From the NCBI RefSeq assembly GCF_009914755.1, contig NC_060944.1: DNA of 64,000 nucleotides, one strand, 5' to 3'. A program made the translations under genes and the position numbers. Below, one piece after another: positions 29,224 through 42,943 of this stretch. Every line of letters begins with the position of its first letter. The first letter of the stretch is position 1. Below the pieces are notes generated by a model that had not been told where the DNA came from, ran no database searches, and saw only the letters and a list, made by a program, of their open reading frames with translations. The DNA comes from the human T2T-CHM13v2.0 reference genome, Homo sapiens.

Positions 29224-30750
29224 TCAGCAATTCCTGCTGGGGAGGAAGAAAGAGAAGATAATGAAATCTGTGATCACCACTCTGTAGACTGTGTTCTGAG
29301 CCCACAAAGTCATCTCTAACTCCTGCCCACAGCACTGCAAAGCATTCTGATTCCCATTCTACAGTCAAGAAAACAGAGGCCCAGGGAGGTAAAGCAGAGG
29401 CCCAAAGCCAAGGGTCAAGGAAGGGAATGAGCACCCACTGTATACCCAGAGCTTTCCTGCACATTCACTTTCAATCTGCACGATAGTTCTTCAATGTGGG
29501 CTGTGCTAGTTTGATTCAACAGATGGGGAAGCTGAGGCTCAGAGCTGGGAAGTGGTTGCACACAGCTAGGAAGTGGACAAGCCACGACTTGCTCTGGGTC
29601 TTTCAGACTTCAAAACCCACTTTGGCCACCCGCCAAGCCAGAAGATACTTGGCTAAATGCTTTTCTGAGTTCTCTGAGGTCTTTGTCCCTGTGTCCCAGA
29701 CTGTCCCATGTCAGTCCTTTCGGCTGTGTGAGGGCTTTGGAATTTTTCTCTCCCACTCTGGTACTGTCACTGACCTTGGCCACGGCTCCACCTTCACTCC
29801 CTCTCCCTGCTGGCCTCCCTGCCTGCCTCCAGTTCCTTCTCCGATTCCTCCTTCCTACCCTGAAATGCCGGTCTTGGCAATATCAATTCTGTGAACACAC
29901 CCATTGGGTGGGGTCAGGCTGGCCCTTCTGCCTAAATGTCAGGGCTCCCTCAGTCCCTTTCCTACAATCCCACACTTCAGCTCTGGGCTCCAACCACATC
30001 AGCTTCTTGCAATTCCCTTAATGAATGCATCAGGCTCTGACCCACCCCCAGGCCTTTGCACATGCTGTTCCCTCCGCCTGGAGAACCCTTCATCTCCTAT
30101 TCTGTTACCTGTCATTTAGGTCCTGGATTAGATATTACTTCACCCAGGCAGCTCTCCCTGATTGCCTAGGCTAGGTGAGCTGCTCCTCCTTTCTATTCTC
30201 CCAGCAACATGTGCCTCTTCCATGAAAATAGTCTACTATTTGGTAATTAGCTATGCGAGTCTTCAGGATTTGGTTCCACGTCTTGTCTTTTTCTCTGAAA
30301 TAGTCACTCTGTTCCTCAAATAAGCTTGCTCCTACCTCAGGGCCTTTGCACTTTCTGTTCTTCTGCCTGCAGTATTTTGACCTCAGACTTCTACATCACT
30401 AGTTCCTTCTTTGTCATTAAATTAGTTGTCACATTGGCAGAGAGGCATTTACTGATCACTATGTCTAATGAGGCTTCCTTGGTCTCTCTCTTACATCACC
30501 CTTTGTTTGCATCAGAACACTCCCACCTCATAGTCTCCTATCTATCTGATGCTTGGTTGTTGTTGGTGGTGTGTATGTTGTGGTTATTGCCTCCCCAATA
30601 GAATGTTAGCTCCTTGGGGACACAGACCCTGTCTTATTCTCTGCTGTATACTAGCTCCTAAAACCCCGGCCAGCACATCGCAGGTCCTCCATAAATTCTT
30701 GGCAGATGAATTAATGCTTCATAAATACTCTGTTAAAAGTTGTCTGTTTT

Positions 30751-31066
<316 letters not shown>

Positions 31067-34000
31067 TTATAAATCAGACATCAAGACTCAGGGCCTCGAT
31101 ATTTGATTTATGGGGGCGCAGTACAGTTCTTTCAACTGGATCCTCTAAGACACTCCACCCCACCCTGGCCAGGGGCTTCATGCTTCGCCCAGCATGGTCT
31201 TTGTAACCTGACAACACCAATTTACTCTCAGAAAAGGCTGTCCTCTTTTCCTCCAACTTCCCCATCCCTGCAAACTGCCGTGTTTGCTCAGGTGCTCAGA
31301 GTGTTTTGAAGCTTCCACTCCACGGGCCCCAGAACCCCACGCTGTAGCCAGAGCAGGGTCTCCCCGTTAAAGCATGCAGTAGGCTCCCCCACCAGAGCAT
31401 GCCTAATAGTGATCCCAGCCGCCATTTATCAGATCCCTACTGCTCTAAGCTCTTCAATTCATCACCTCATTTATTCCTTCAGGGAAGCGGGCACTTCTGG
31501 TCTGGTGAATTGCCCATGTTCTACCTCGAATAGTGAAGCTGGGGTGCAAGGCCTGCTCTGTTTGACCCCCTACACTTAATGACTACAATTTCTAGAGCAA
31601 CTTCAATTCAGTGGCAGCTGCACCCTCCGTGAGATCCAAGGGGCTTTATATACAAAGCCCTTGACCTGTGTATTGTACTTAGCCTACCCACAAACTGTGA
31701 GAGGTGGGTATCACTAGCCCCACTTTATAGACAAGAAAACTGGTGCTCAGAGAGGCTTAGTAAATCTCCTGAGGTCACATAGCAATTCGAGGCATAAGCT
31801 CAGGCCCATGTGCCTCGCTTGAGGCTGGCAAGGTCGGCTCCCCTGAACCAGGGAGGCTCAGTGGAAAAGTCAGGGAAGCGGACTTGTGTCCCTCCTGTGT
31901 CTTTCTCTTCCCCTTGAGTCTGTCAGCTGCGGAGTGGATTACAGTTCCCCACCAGTGAGCCATACAAAGCGGGCAGCTCATGTTTTCTCTGATATCAGTG
32001 ATGGCTGGGCTGGCCTGTTAGAAGATCAGCAGTGAATTAACCTACTGGGGAGGGGGCGCCTACCACACCATCTAACTCCTGGCCGAAGGCTTCCCACACA
32101 GCTTAGCTGCAAAGGTAGGGGACTCACGTTAAGATCTCTTTATCTCAGGCAAAAACAGCATTGGCATCCTTGTCTTTCATCCATTAACTTTATATTGAAT
32201 GATAATTCTGGTTGATCTGAAGGTAATGAAGTACTCACGATGTTCTGAGCAGTTCTCGTGGATTAACTCATACATATTCACAGAAACTCTACAGCACTGG
32301 TGCTGTTGCCATGCCCACTTTACAGATGAGGAAACTGAGTTAAGATTCTAGAGCCTGCCAAGATTCTACAGTGAGTAAGTGGCAAAGCTGGGATTCCTAC
32401 CAGGCTGTCTGGCTCCAGAGCTACCTTCGTAACTGCTGTGTACTGCCCAGGCCCCTTCAGTCCTCTCATCTCCAGCCTCCAGCTTCTCCCTCCAGGTGGA
32501 CCCTCCACCTGGTTCTGGAGTAGCCTCCAATCTTTCCCTCCTAGACACTTTCCACGCAGCAGCTGGAGGACCCTTCTGAAATGCAGATCTGACTGCACCT
32601 CTGCCCTGTGTCCACTGGCTTCCAGAGGAAGATTGTCCCCATCACCTAGCAGCCCCGGGCTCTCCTAATACCAACAGCTGACATTTGCTAGTGCTCCCTG
32701 TGTGCCTGCCCCTGTGCTCAGAACTCTGTGTGTCTTATTGTAAGGGGGTCCTTCTGACAACTCCGTAAGACTGGGACTAATATTCTCCCCATTTATGGAT
32801 GAGAAAATGGGACACAGAAAGATCATATAGTCTGTCCAAGCTATCCCAGCAAGTACACAGCACCCAGACAGATTGGATGTGAGTTCTGCCCATCCTGGGC
32901 TTGACCAAACCACCTGCAATTTCAAAACAAATGCTCCACACACCCCACCCTCCAAGCCTTTGCACAAAGGGTTTCCTCTGACAGGAACATCTTTCTCAAC
33001 CCACTCATCCACTCCCATCACACTTTGACCTGGCTAATTCTTACTCATTATTCAAAACTCAGCCTCAGTTGCCTCTTCCAGGAAGTCTATCTGGATTAGT
33101 TCCCTCCTTTGAGCTCCCACGGCCTCCTATGCTGGCTCCATCACAAAATTACCACTTACCTGTCAGTCCCTTATGGGCAGGTAGGGGGGTCGCTGAGGTG
33201 CGAGTGTGTTGTGCTTGAGGATGACAAAGAGGCCAGGGTGCATGAAGGGACGTAAGGGAGAGACTGGGGTGAAAAAGCAAAGAGGTGGGCAGAGGATGGA
33301 TAATGCCGGCTCTCATAGGCCAAGGGAGAGTTTGCATTTGATCTAAATGTGACTGGAAGACTAAGGAAGTTTGAGTGATTGATGAATGAATGAATGAATG
33401 AATGAATGAATGGTGTCCCAGTACCTCATACAGGGCTAGAATGAGAGCAGGAGCTGCACACCAATTAGTTATGAAAATAAACAGGCAATATTTTAAAATT
33501 AGGCAATTTTTACATTTAAAAAAATCTCAATTTTCAATTTGTCTTGAAAAAACAAAAGGCCTGGGGACATTGAGCCTGTATTCCAATATGGCAACAGTCA
33601 CAGAGGAAGAGCCATACTGCCCATCGCCACCCGCGGAACCACCTGGGGCTTCCCTCACTGCCGACTGCCTGACAGACAAGTGAGTCTGCAGCCCCTGAAT
33701 TACCCACTCTAACTCGGAGAAGCAGCATGGGGTGGAAGGGACACAGCTGTTGAGAAAGGAGAGGTAGGACCTCAAATTCTTTCCTGACCCCGAAGCAGGA
33801 TCACCAAGTGGTCAGTAAAGTGGGCTCAGGTCTCAGCCCACCACTTACCACCACTTTAGGAAAATGACTTAGCTTTACTGTGCCTCAGTTTTCTCAGCTA
33901 CAAAATGGGGCTAATAATAATGCTTCAGAGGGTGGACATAGGAACTAAATAAATGATCACATTTGAAGCACCTAGCTTGTGCTTGAAGCACCTGGCACAT

Positions 34001-36879
34001 AGTAGGTGCTTTGGAGAGGGGAGTATGAAGACTCCAGTCTAGTCTTACTTGAGCTGTAGGGGATAGGAAAAGAAGAGGGCAAAAAGGAGAGATCATAAAG
34101 AGCTTGGCACACTGCAGAAACAAAAAATGCTGCTGCATGACTCACTGCCGTGGACGGAGGGCCTGCTGGGTGTTGGTCTGGGCTGAATGCCCTTCATCCA
34201 TGATCCTGTCAACCCAGCAACAGCCACCGATTCTCAGGAGCCTACTGGGTGCCAGGCTGTGCATTACTGCTTTGTACATATTAGCTCCAATCCTCACAGC
34301 AGCCCCAGAGGTGCATGTTTTTCTTTTAATATCCATTTTACAGAGGGCCAGACTGAGGCTGAGAAAGGGGAACTTGCTCATCCAAGTTCACCTGGAGTTA
34401 TGAATGGGGGAGTTGGGCTCCTGTCCAGATCCCTCCGGGTTAAAAGGGGACCCTAGTAGAGACACATTGGCCCTCACAATTTCATAGGTGATCCTATTTC
34501 CTTCCTTTTATAGGATAAATACATTACTGAACAATGTCAGATGGGCCCCAGGGGAAGCATTTCGACCTTTCTGATGGGGATTTGCCAAGGAATGGAGCTG
34601 GGAAGTCACACATAAGAGAGAGCCCTGCCTGCCTATCATGTCTGATTAGGGATGGGCCAAGGAGGAAAGGAACTTTGCCGATCATCGGGATGAGAAGTGG
34701 GAAGCAAGCCCCCTTGGTAAGCGGGAGGCATGATGTCAGTATCTGACCCTGATGGAGGGCCTGCATGGTCTTCTTTCACAGACTTGGCCAAGGACCCGGA
34801 GGCCACACAAGGAAAAGTCCTTTGCACTTGGCAGTTTGTGAAGCTTTTTCTCAGCTGCTACCTCGGGTGCTTTGTAATAGCCCAGTAGGGGAAAGAGGGG
34901 CTGATGGGGCAGTGGGGTGATTCTCCCCTAACAGGTGGGGTTGTTTCAGACTCACCAGCCTGCCTAATCACATGAGCCAATTCCTTACGTCAATCTCTTT
35001 CTGCGGATAGGCACACCTTGTTGGCTCTGCCTCCCTGGAGAACCTTGGCTAATACGACACCCATGCCCCTTTGTTTGCATCTATGTCTGTGGTTGTTTTC
35101 ATGCTGCAAAAGCTGAGTTAATTGCTGAAACAGAGACTGTAGGGCCAAGAAAGCCCAAAATATTTACTCTCTGGTCCTTTACAGACAAGGTTTGCTGACC
35201 GTACTTTGACTGGTTTTATAAACATTTTATGATTCTAATAGTTTTTAAGCTAATTTTCTTGAGTCCTCAGGCACTTGAACATATTCTTAAATAATAAAAC
35301 ATTTTTTATGCCTTGCTAGTGGATGGATCTCTTGCCAGGAGGTCAGGTGGGTTTCCTGATGGAAGAGGCAGGAAGCAACTGGCCCCATTCTTCAGCCCTG
35401 AGCCCTTTCTAGTTGCCTGGACTGCTCTCCTGGCAAATACTGAGAGGACCTGGGGAGGCTTGCCTTGGGATTTACCTTTTCCTTGAGAGGGAAAGGCATG
35501 GGCTCTGCGGTCATTTGGTGCCACCTCCTCCACAAGCCTCAGTCTTCTCATCTGTGATTGGGGTGTATCATCTTCCTGCACTGAGACAGCACTGCTTAAA
35601 GGGCCAGCACAAGGTAGACCCTCTTTTCACCCAGGGCCCAGAGTTCCTTGAAAGGGAATGATCTTTTTGACGTCTTGGCTTCTCGATGATATTTCTATAT
35701 TGTAGTCAGCTGAGGGCTCAGAGGAGCCGCAAGCGTTTTTATTTAAAAAGCCAGCATGGAATAATAATGGCTTGATTTAACATTGCAATTATCTCTCTGA
35801 GCACTTTAGCGCATATGATTACCCCTATTTGATGAAAGAGGAAATGGGAAAAGGTAGAAATGAAGTCACTTGTTTAAGGTCATATCATGAGTCACGAGGG
35901 AAATGGAGACAGAACTCCAGCCTCCCACACCTGAACCGTGACTCCCACTAAAGAGATGCCATTGTTTCAATGACCCTGCAATGACAACCATCCTAACAGC
36001 CAGCAAGGACTGAGACGCTGTTCTGCACCAGCCCCGTGCACTCCAGGTGCCTCCCGTGGACCCTACGGGGCAGGGGCTAATATTACAGCTTGGGATCCAG
36101 ATGGGAAGGTGAGGATCAAGTGACAAAGTGCCTCTCCGTGGTCACAGAGCATGGCAGAGTTGGAATTCTCTAAGTCCATCGCATTCCTCATTTAGGGTGT
36201 AGCTATGAGAAGGGACAAGCTCTTTGCTGTCCACTTTATCTCAATTATTTCTCTCTTCTCTTGAAGAGAATCCAGTGGGTTGGGAACTATTAGTTCCATT
36301 TCCAGATGGGGAAAACAGAGGCTCAGAGTCTAAAAGACTGGGCCAAGACCAAGAAGCAAGGAAACAGCAGAATAAGATTTCAGAGTCAGTCTGCTGACCA
36401 CGCCACAAACCATCCTGAGGCCTAAATATGTATCGAGTGTCTTTCGGATAACCTCCCAAACTCTCACATTCCTGACGTTGAAACCATTTCAGAAGCTTTT
36501 GCCCCACACTCGAAAGTGTAAAGTTCACCCTTGTGGGTCTCCAGGTGGTTGGCAAAGGGAGCCCCTGAACCTGGAAAAGCGGTGCCCCTTGTTAGGTGTT
36601 AGCATCGTAACGAAAGACGAATGATCAATGGGAAGGAGGCTCGGGTTCTGAACAGAAAGTAAACCCACACTTTAGCCTGGCAAAGATCAAAGCACAGAAT
36701 CGGATGAGGGTCCCGTTTGGTGGTCGGCTGCATTTGCTGTGCAGAGACCAGAGGGAAAGACGGCCTTGCAGGCAGTGGTCCTGGTGGGATCATTCACTGC
36801 ATATTTAAAAGAACGTTTTTCAAGAGCAAGGTTTGGATGGAACCGCCACCCTTTTTGTTATCTGGTGCAATTAAGGGAT

Positions 36880-37225
36880 GGGGAGAAAGGCAAAAAGAGG
36901 ATAAGCTAGAGAGATATGGAGATGAAGAGACATAGAGAGAGAGATGTAAAAAGAGAGAGTTAGAGATATAGACACAGAGAAAAAGACAGGGGCCCAAAAG
37001 AATGGCAGAGGTGAGAACTGCACACACAGAAAAAGAGACCGAGACACCGAGAAAAAGCAGAGAGAGGTGGAGGACCATATGGGAAGAAAAAATAAGATGA
37101 GACATAGAGATGGGGAGAGGACAAATGGGAATAGAAGGGAAGGGGGTGAGGAGGAGGGGAAGAAGAGGGAAAAAAGGGAAGGGAAGTGAACACAATAAGA
37201 GAGAGAGAAGTGGGGAGGGAGAGTA
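36880..37225. repeat. GA-rich low-complexity tract
   Basis: Directly visible purine-rich strand. Confidence 0.8.
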
Positions 37226-38716
37226 GATTTTGATTCAGGATGCTGACATACCGTGTGAATCACAAACACCAATTCTCTCCCTCCTGCTGCTCTCTGAGTC
37301 TGCCCTTTGTTCCTAGGGACCAGTGGGCAAGAGACCCTGCCACATAATAACTGCTCAGTAAACCGCTGTCAAGTTAAATCAAATCGTCCAGGAATAGGAC
37401 AGGGACCAAATGGCAGTTCAAGCCAATGCATCAACAAATTGCCTCGGTGCATATGTCTGCGGCTTGTGGCCAGCCGCTCTGGCCAGTGGGATGACCTGGA
37501 TGGACTCGGAGGAGCCCCCTGAGCCAAGCCATGTGCCTCATGGACCTAGGCCATCGTCCTCCTGCCAGGAGCATCAGTCTGGATCCAGGCTGGGAGGGAC
37601 TGATGAGGCTGCGCTTCACAGCACTAACAGACCCCACTCCATTTCGAGGGTCTGATCCTGGGGCTTACCTGGGTGTCTCCAGCCGATGTTCACTGCCTAC
37701 CACAGTGGCCAGCTCTGTCTCAGTGAAACAGGTTTATCACTTTGTCAGACCCAGCAAGATTAGCCAACATTCATGGGCTGAGATGAGTGAATACAGTGAG
37801 AGAAATCAGCTGTGTAACCACACTTTGTCAGGCATGCATTGAAATCGAACCAGTAACTATTGATCTCTCTTACAATGATGGAAGAGATCTAATAAATACG
37901 ACAATTGTGCAGGAATGACCCAAGGAGGTGGGTAGTGGGAGGTGGATTTAGGGAGTATCGATCAAAAAGAGACTTCATGATCCTGATGCAGCAGATGAAA
38001 TAAAAAGTCTTCTGCTGGGATGGGGAGGGGAAAGGAGCACCAGCCCCTCAAATGAAAATATTAGACATTAGATCATATCTCCTGGACATAGCACACAGCA
38101 TGATGGAGTGGGATGATCAGCGATATGATAATCGATGGAGAGAAAGGTCCAACCTCACCACTTCGGAACAGTGAAAATCTGAGCAGTCATGCCAGTATTT
38201 ATTGAGCACCTACTGAATGCCAGGCATTTTGCTATATCCCATTGGAGACTTGCAATAACCTTAGGAGGTGAATATTATTATTATTCTCATCATACAGGTA
38301 AAGAAAGTATGACTCAGAGAGGGACTTCTACTGTTCCAAAGTCACACAGTAAGTGAGTGGTAGGATCTGGGATTTCAGCCCAGCACTGTTTCAGGTGTTG
38401 TGAGACACACGTGTAGATGACAGATGGAAAATTCCTGCCTCCCAGGAGTTACTTCAAGAAACCTTAACTCCTTCCACGTGTTTTAAGATCGCAAATCTCT
38501 CAAATAGCCCCAGAGCTGATCCCTTTGCCTGCTCCCTTAAAATGTGCTGCCTTCCGCCACATAGCCTTGGGAACCAGTGTGACATCCCCCTCCCAGCTGC
38601 CAACAGAGGCATAGGGTTTGCCTGCCACCTATCACACCTCTAGCTCAGCTGGGGCAAAGCAGTGGGCTTGAGATCCCGTCAGTGAACGCAAACCACCCCC
38701 AGGCAGCATAACTCAC

Positions 38717-38776
38717 CGGCTTGGGCTGCTGCAACAGCTCCCCCCACGCAGATCTCAAAGCCTGAAGATAAATGAC
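38717..38776 (-). other. PDYN: PDYN non-coding exon 2 (60 nt)
   Basis: Acceptor ttctatttttgcag|GTC; donor CCG|GTGAGT. Confidence 0.85.
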
Positions 38777-40043
38777 CTGCAAAAATAGAACAAAGGCAAG
38801 GTGTGGTGGGACTGGGGGGAGAAGAGGAGGGGAAAAGAGAAGGAAGGTGCCACAGAGGGGTGGGAGTGAGGCCTGGGGTGAGAAAGAACAGAAGAGGATC
38901 GACATTCTGCAATGCTTTGCAATGGATCTCGACTGGGATGCCTGTCAAATTAGAAAGGCAAGCCTTGTATATTTCAGCAACCCTTGGAAGAAAGATGATA
39001 ATGAAGACTTTCAGTCTGTGGGAGGGGAATTGAAATCAGATCCAATAATCGAAAGAGCTTGTTTCCCCTGGGAAGACTGGAGACTTAATTAAGTAATGTT
39101 TGTAGAGCTTGGAGGGATTCTTGATACCCAGGAAAAAGTAAGCAGTTGCAGAATTTACTCTTCAACCTTGGAGTAGTCAGCAGGCTTTTTTTTTTTTTTT
39201 TTTTTTCCTGAAACTCATCAGCTTTTTGCTAGAATCAAACTTTGAGACTTGGTACTTTTCTGAATATGGGTCTCTGGACCAGTGAGCAAATGGCTTTCCC
39301 TTTGAGCCTCCTCCTGGCCTTAGACTCCTCTGGCTGTAGTTAATAGGAGAGCAACAAGTCCTTTCCAAGTAAAATGGACAAGAAAATGCCTGCTAAGCCT
39401 GGGCCTCCTGGCTTGTTGTCACTCCCTTTTCCCATTCCCTTCCAACAAAACATCCCCAAACTTCAACCTGTATCAAATTCCATCAAAAGAAGCCGCTCAA
39501 ACCAGCACCCTGTCAGCAATTAAACACAATCCGAAAAGAATGAAAAGGCCGAACCTGGCCGTACATTGATGTACATGTTATGTGATAAATGCCAGAGCCT
39601 TGGATCTCATTAATGTCCTCAAGCCATTGTTCTCTAAGTCCAGTGAGACTCATTGACCTTTAAAATCACCCTGATTAGTGAAACCTCTCACTTCTCCCAT
39701 CCAGGGTGTCCCATTTTCCCCAGACCCTGGGAATGGCATGGGAACTGCTGTGTGGGAGACTGCAAGAAGGAGACCCTGGAGCTAAAGCCAAAGGGTGGTC
39801 CTCTTGGGAGAGAGCTTACCACCTGTTTAAGCCAGGACTGTGCAGAAAGGGAGAGTCCAAAGAGCAGTCTCTCACTGGTCTGGCTTTTGTGAACTAGCCT
39901 CCTAACTGTAACCACCTTTGCTAGATAATCAGACCCAAACCTAAAATCCCCAGCCCGAGCTCCCACCATCTCTAGGTCCAGAGGACCAGGAATAAGCAAA
40001 TAAAACCAAGCGATAGAATTCCAGTGCCCCCTCTGGATGTTAC

Positions 40044-40190
40044 CTGCACTCTGCTTTGTCCCTGGGCAGCTTCTGGCCGAGCAGGTCGGAGGTGGCAGTG
40101 GCTGGTCCAAGGCTCAGGGGCCTCCTTGACTCCGGCTTGGGAGGAGGTGCCAAAGAGGCAGCTGTGAACACCACCAAAGCCCCTTCAAAT
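40044..40190 (-). other. PDYN: PDYN non-coding exon 1; TSS approximate
   Basis: Starts ~26-30 nt downstream of CATAAAA; contains the DRE; donor CAG|GTAACA. Confidence 0.8.
40115..40139 (-). promoter_or_regulatory. Downstream regulatory element (DRE), DREAM/KCNIP3 repressor site
   Basis: AAGCCGGAGTCAAGGAGGCCCCTG with GTCA core matches the known prodynorphin DRE. Confidence 0.8.
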
Positions 40191-40215
40191 GGCAGTTCTG
40201 GTGCCTCTTCCCCCC

Positions 40216-40279
40216 TTTTATGGACGAGAGCCTCCCCTGTCGCTCAGCCCTTGCTGAGCACAGGCTGCTGGGAGCCAAT
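40216..40279 (-). promoter_or_regulatory. PDYN: PDYN core promoter: TATA-like CATAAAA (40222-40216) and CCAAT box (40275-40279)
   Basis: Motif spacing relative to exon 1. Confidence 0.7.
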
Positions 40280-40344
40280 GGGGAAGTGGCTGAGAGCAGT
40301 CAGAGCACAGACCCCCAGGCCCTTCAACTCGAACTCCCTGGGCC

Positions 40345-40351
40345 TGACACA
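40345..40351 (+). promoter_or_regulatory. Non-canonical AP-1-like site TGACACA, ~155 bp upstream of the TSS
   Basis: Motif visible; position matches the recalled promoter CpG-SNP rs1997794 (T allele here). Confidence 0.5.
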
Positions 40352-40759
40352 ATAGGCTTCTCTTCGTGACAGGGATGTGGAGGAGGAAGGCAGCCGTGTT
40401 GGGGAGGGGGCGGATTCTGGGTGTAGTGCTGTTTGTCACTTGAAATCCGGCCACTTCAGTTTTTGATGCGTTTCCAGGAGAGTGTCACAGGAAAAAGAAG
40501 ACAGGGAAGGACAGAGACAGAAGAGTTAGAGAAAGAGAGAGAGAGAGAGAGACTCAGAGAGAATCGGAAATCGAGAAAGAGGCAATGTCGGACCTAGGGA
40601 GTGATACAAAGGAGGGGAGAAAGAGAAAGAAAAACAGAGACAGAGAGTGGCAGAGATAGGGAGATGGGTAGAAACACAAGGAGAGAGGGACAGAGCAAGA
40701 AAAAAGGAAACCAGCCAGGTAGACTGTCAGACTCAAAACACACTGATCCACAGACAGAC

Positions 40760-40900
40760 AGACGTGGAGACAGACAGAGGCTGAGACAGTCTTCTGATCA
40801 CGGAAGAGAGTCGGAAGATGACAGCCGAGTCAGCAGGCACGTGCATGGCCCGCTGTTGCGTGCCGTGGCAACTCTGTGTTGGCTGGTGCACGCGTGTGCT
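40760..40900. promoter_or_regulatory. Short promoter CpG cluster with canonical E-box CACGTG (40838-40843)
   Basis: Local CpG enrichment; USF-type E-box. Confidence 0.65.
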
Positions 40901-41439
40901 GGAATCTTTTTGTGTGTACATTTGCCTGCAAACGGCATTCGGCTCTGGTACATGCCTGAGCTGGTGCCAGGCACACTAGCCCTGGCAGAAGCACAGCTCT
41001 TCCCCGACAGCCAGGAGCTGCAGTTTAGTTTTCTCTGGCGGCAACACAAAATGAATAGCAGGAAAAACCCCTCAAAATATGGGCTGCAATATGCCTCAGC
41101 ACACACTCTGGGTGAGGGATGGACCCACCTCAATATACCCTTGGCCTGGACCAGCAGCAGCTTGAAGGTGGCACTCTTCATTGCTACAGAGATCTTCCAG
41201 AACATAAGGGTCTTTGAGTTTGGAAGAGAACATGCTTCTCTTCTCAGTCAATAGCAGACAGTTTGTGGTGGGAGGCACAACTATTTCAGAAGTCTGGCAG
41301 GGCCGCCCATTTTGTGGGCACCTGGCTGCACCAGGCGGTTAGGTAGAGTTGTCAGATTTAATCCTCATGACCTAGCCAGTTGGTTAATATTATCCCCATC
41401 TTGCAGATGAGAAAACAGAGGTTTGAGAGCTGAGAAACT

Positions 41440-41643
41440 TTCCTAGAGACACACAGCAAGTAAGTCATCCAGCTAGAACCTAAAGTCAGGTCCATCTATC
41501 CTCCAAGTTCCTAGAGACACACAGCAAGTAAGTCATCCAGCTAGAACCTAAAGTCAGGTCCATCTACCCTCCAAGTTCCTAGAGACACACAGCAAGTAAG
41601 TCATCCAGCTAGAACCTAAAGTCAGGTCCATCTACCCTCCAAG
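41440..41643. repeat. PDYN promoter 68-bp VNTR, 3-copy allele
   Basis: Units 41440-41507, 41508-41575, 41576-41643; ~1250 bp upstream of the TSS; each carries AP-1-like TGACTTA on the minus strand. Confidence 0.97.
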
Positions 41644-42895
41644 TTTCTGCCCCCTCCCTTGCCTCTCCCCAGGCTTGAATCTGCCCACACTGAGGGGTGG
41701 GGTCAGTTTTCTTCTCTGGGACTCAGCCTCTCCATACACAGGCTGTGCTTAATGACATTTAAGATGTGAGTTTGACTCTCAGGTCTGCCACTCACCATCG
41801 GAGAGACCTTGGATAAGCTGCCAACTTCAACCTCTGATTGCTCATCTGTACAGTGGGGACAACAGTATCATGGGGCTCTTGGGCTCTTGTGAGGGTGAAA
41901 GGAGGATGTGTCAATAGCACTTAAAGCAGCCAGTACGGAGCGGATGTTCTGCTCCCATCATTCCTGATAAACCACATCCCTCCAGCTTTGATGCAGCAGG
42001 TTCTCCTGGGCATCCTCCTCTCCCTGCACCTGGCTCGTTAAACTCTCACATAAGGAGGAGGGTAGAAGGGGCTGTTTGCTGAACACCTATTATGCCTCAG
42101 ACATTTCCACATTCCATCACATCCTCACAACAAGAAAACCTGTGGTGTGGATCTCACAATGCGTCCTCAGATGGAGAAGGCAGCAGAAGTTCAGAGAGGC
42201 CCCAGCCACCCAGGGAGGGAGGAAGAACCGAGACCCATCCCTCAGATCCTGAAGCTGCAGCCCCACCACACTCCCCTCTGGACCCACAGCCTCACTTTCC
42301 TTCTCCTCCCTGTCTCCTCTTCCCGAGGCAGCACAAGGGGTCTGACTGGCGGGTGCAAGCGACTCCTGGTGCCCTATGTGGAAGCCCCTGCCCAGTTGGT
42401 GATAGCCAGTGCGCAGGGTCACCAAGCACTTGGCCACATCTCAGGCTGGCTTCTTGCATGGTGGCCAGAGGACATGAGTGGAGTCTATTCATTGCCACCC
42501 TGGGAATCTGGGAGCCCAGGAGTGAGCGTCTACTTCATCCCCAAGGCCAAAGCCTCACTCCAACTGCTCTCTTTCCTCATTTTTCATTTCCTCCTTCTCC
42601 TCCTAACCTCTGCCTCTATAAGCTCTTGGTAATAACCTTCGAATACACAGAGACTCTTAGAGAGGGAGTACAATGGCTCCCGTGGCTGGAAGTCAGCAAG
42701 CACTGGAAGAGCAGAGGACAGGGGCCTCTCCTGACTGTTATTCACCAGAGGGAAGTTGGGGCAGTGAGAGTAGAGACACTCATGGATAATCCTCATTAAG
42801 CCATTGATGTCTGATATCCTTCACCCCCTGAGTCTACTGTTGCCTCAAGAGCAAATAGTTCCTGCATTTGCCTTTCCTCTCCTTCCGCAGCCTCC

Positions 42896-42898
<3 letters not shown>

Positions 42899-42939
<41 letters not shown>
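42899..42939. repeat. (AC)20 microsatellite
   Basis: Directly visible. Confidence 0.95.

Positions 42940-42943
<4 letters not shown>

Noticed and set aside
32043-32061. CTCF-like AGGGGGCGCC in intron 2
   Set aside because: Lacks the CCAC/CCAG left part of the core; likely weak or chance
40601-42799. Long plus-strand ORFs 40601-41254 (217 aa) and 42092-42799 (235 aa)
   Set aside because: Low-complexity or MIR-derived composition, no recognisable domain, no supporting exon structure; expected by chance in GC-rich DNA
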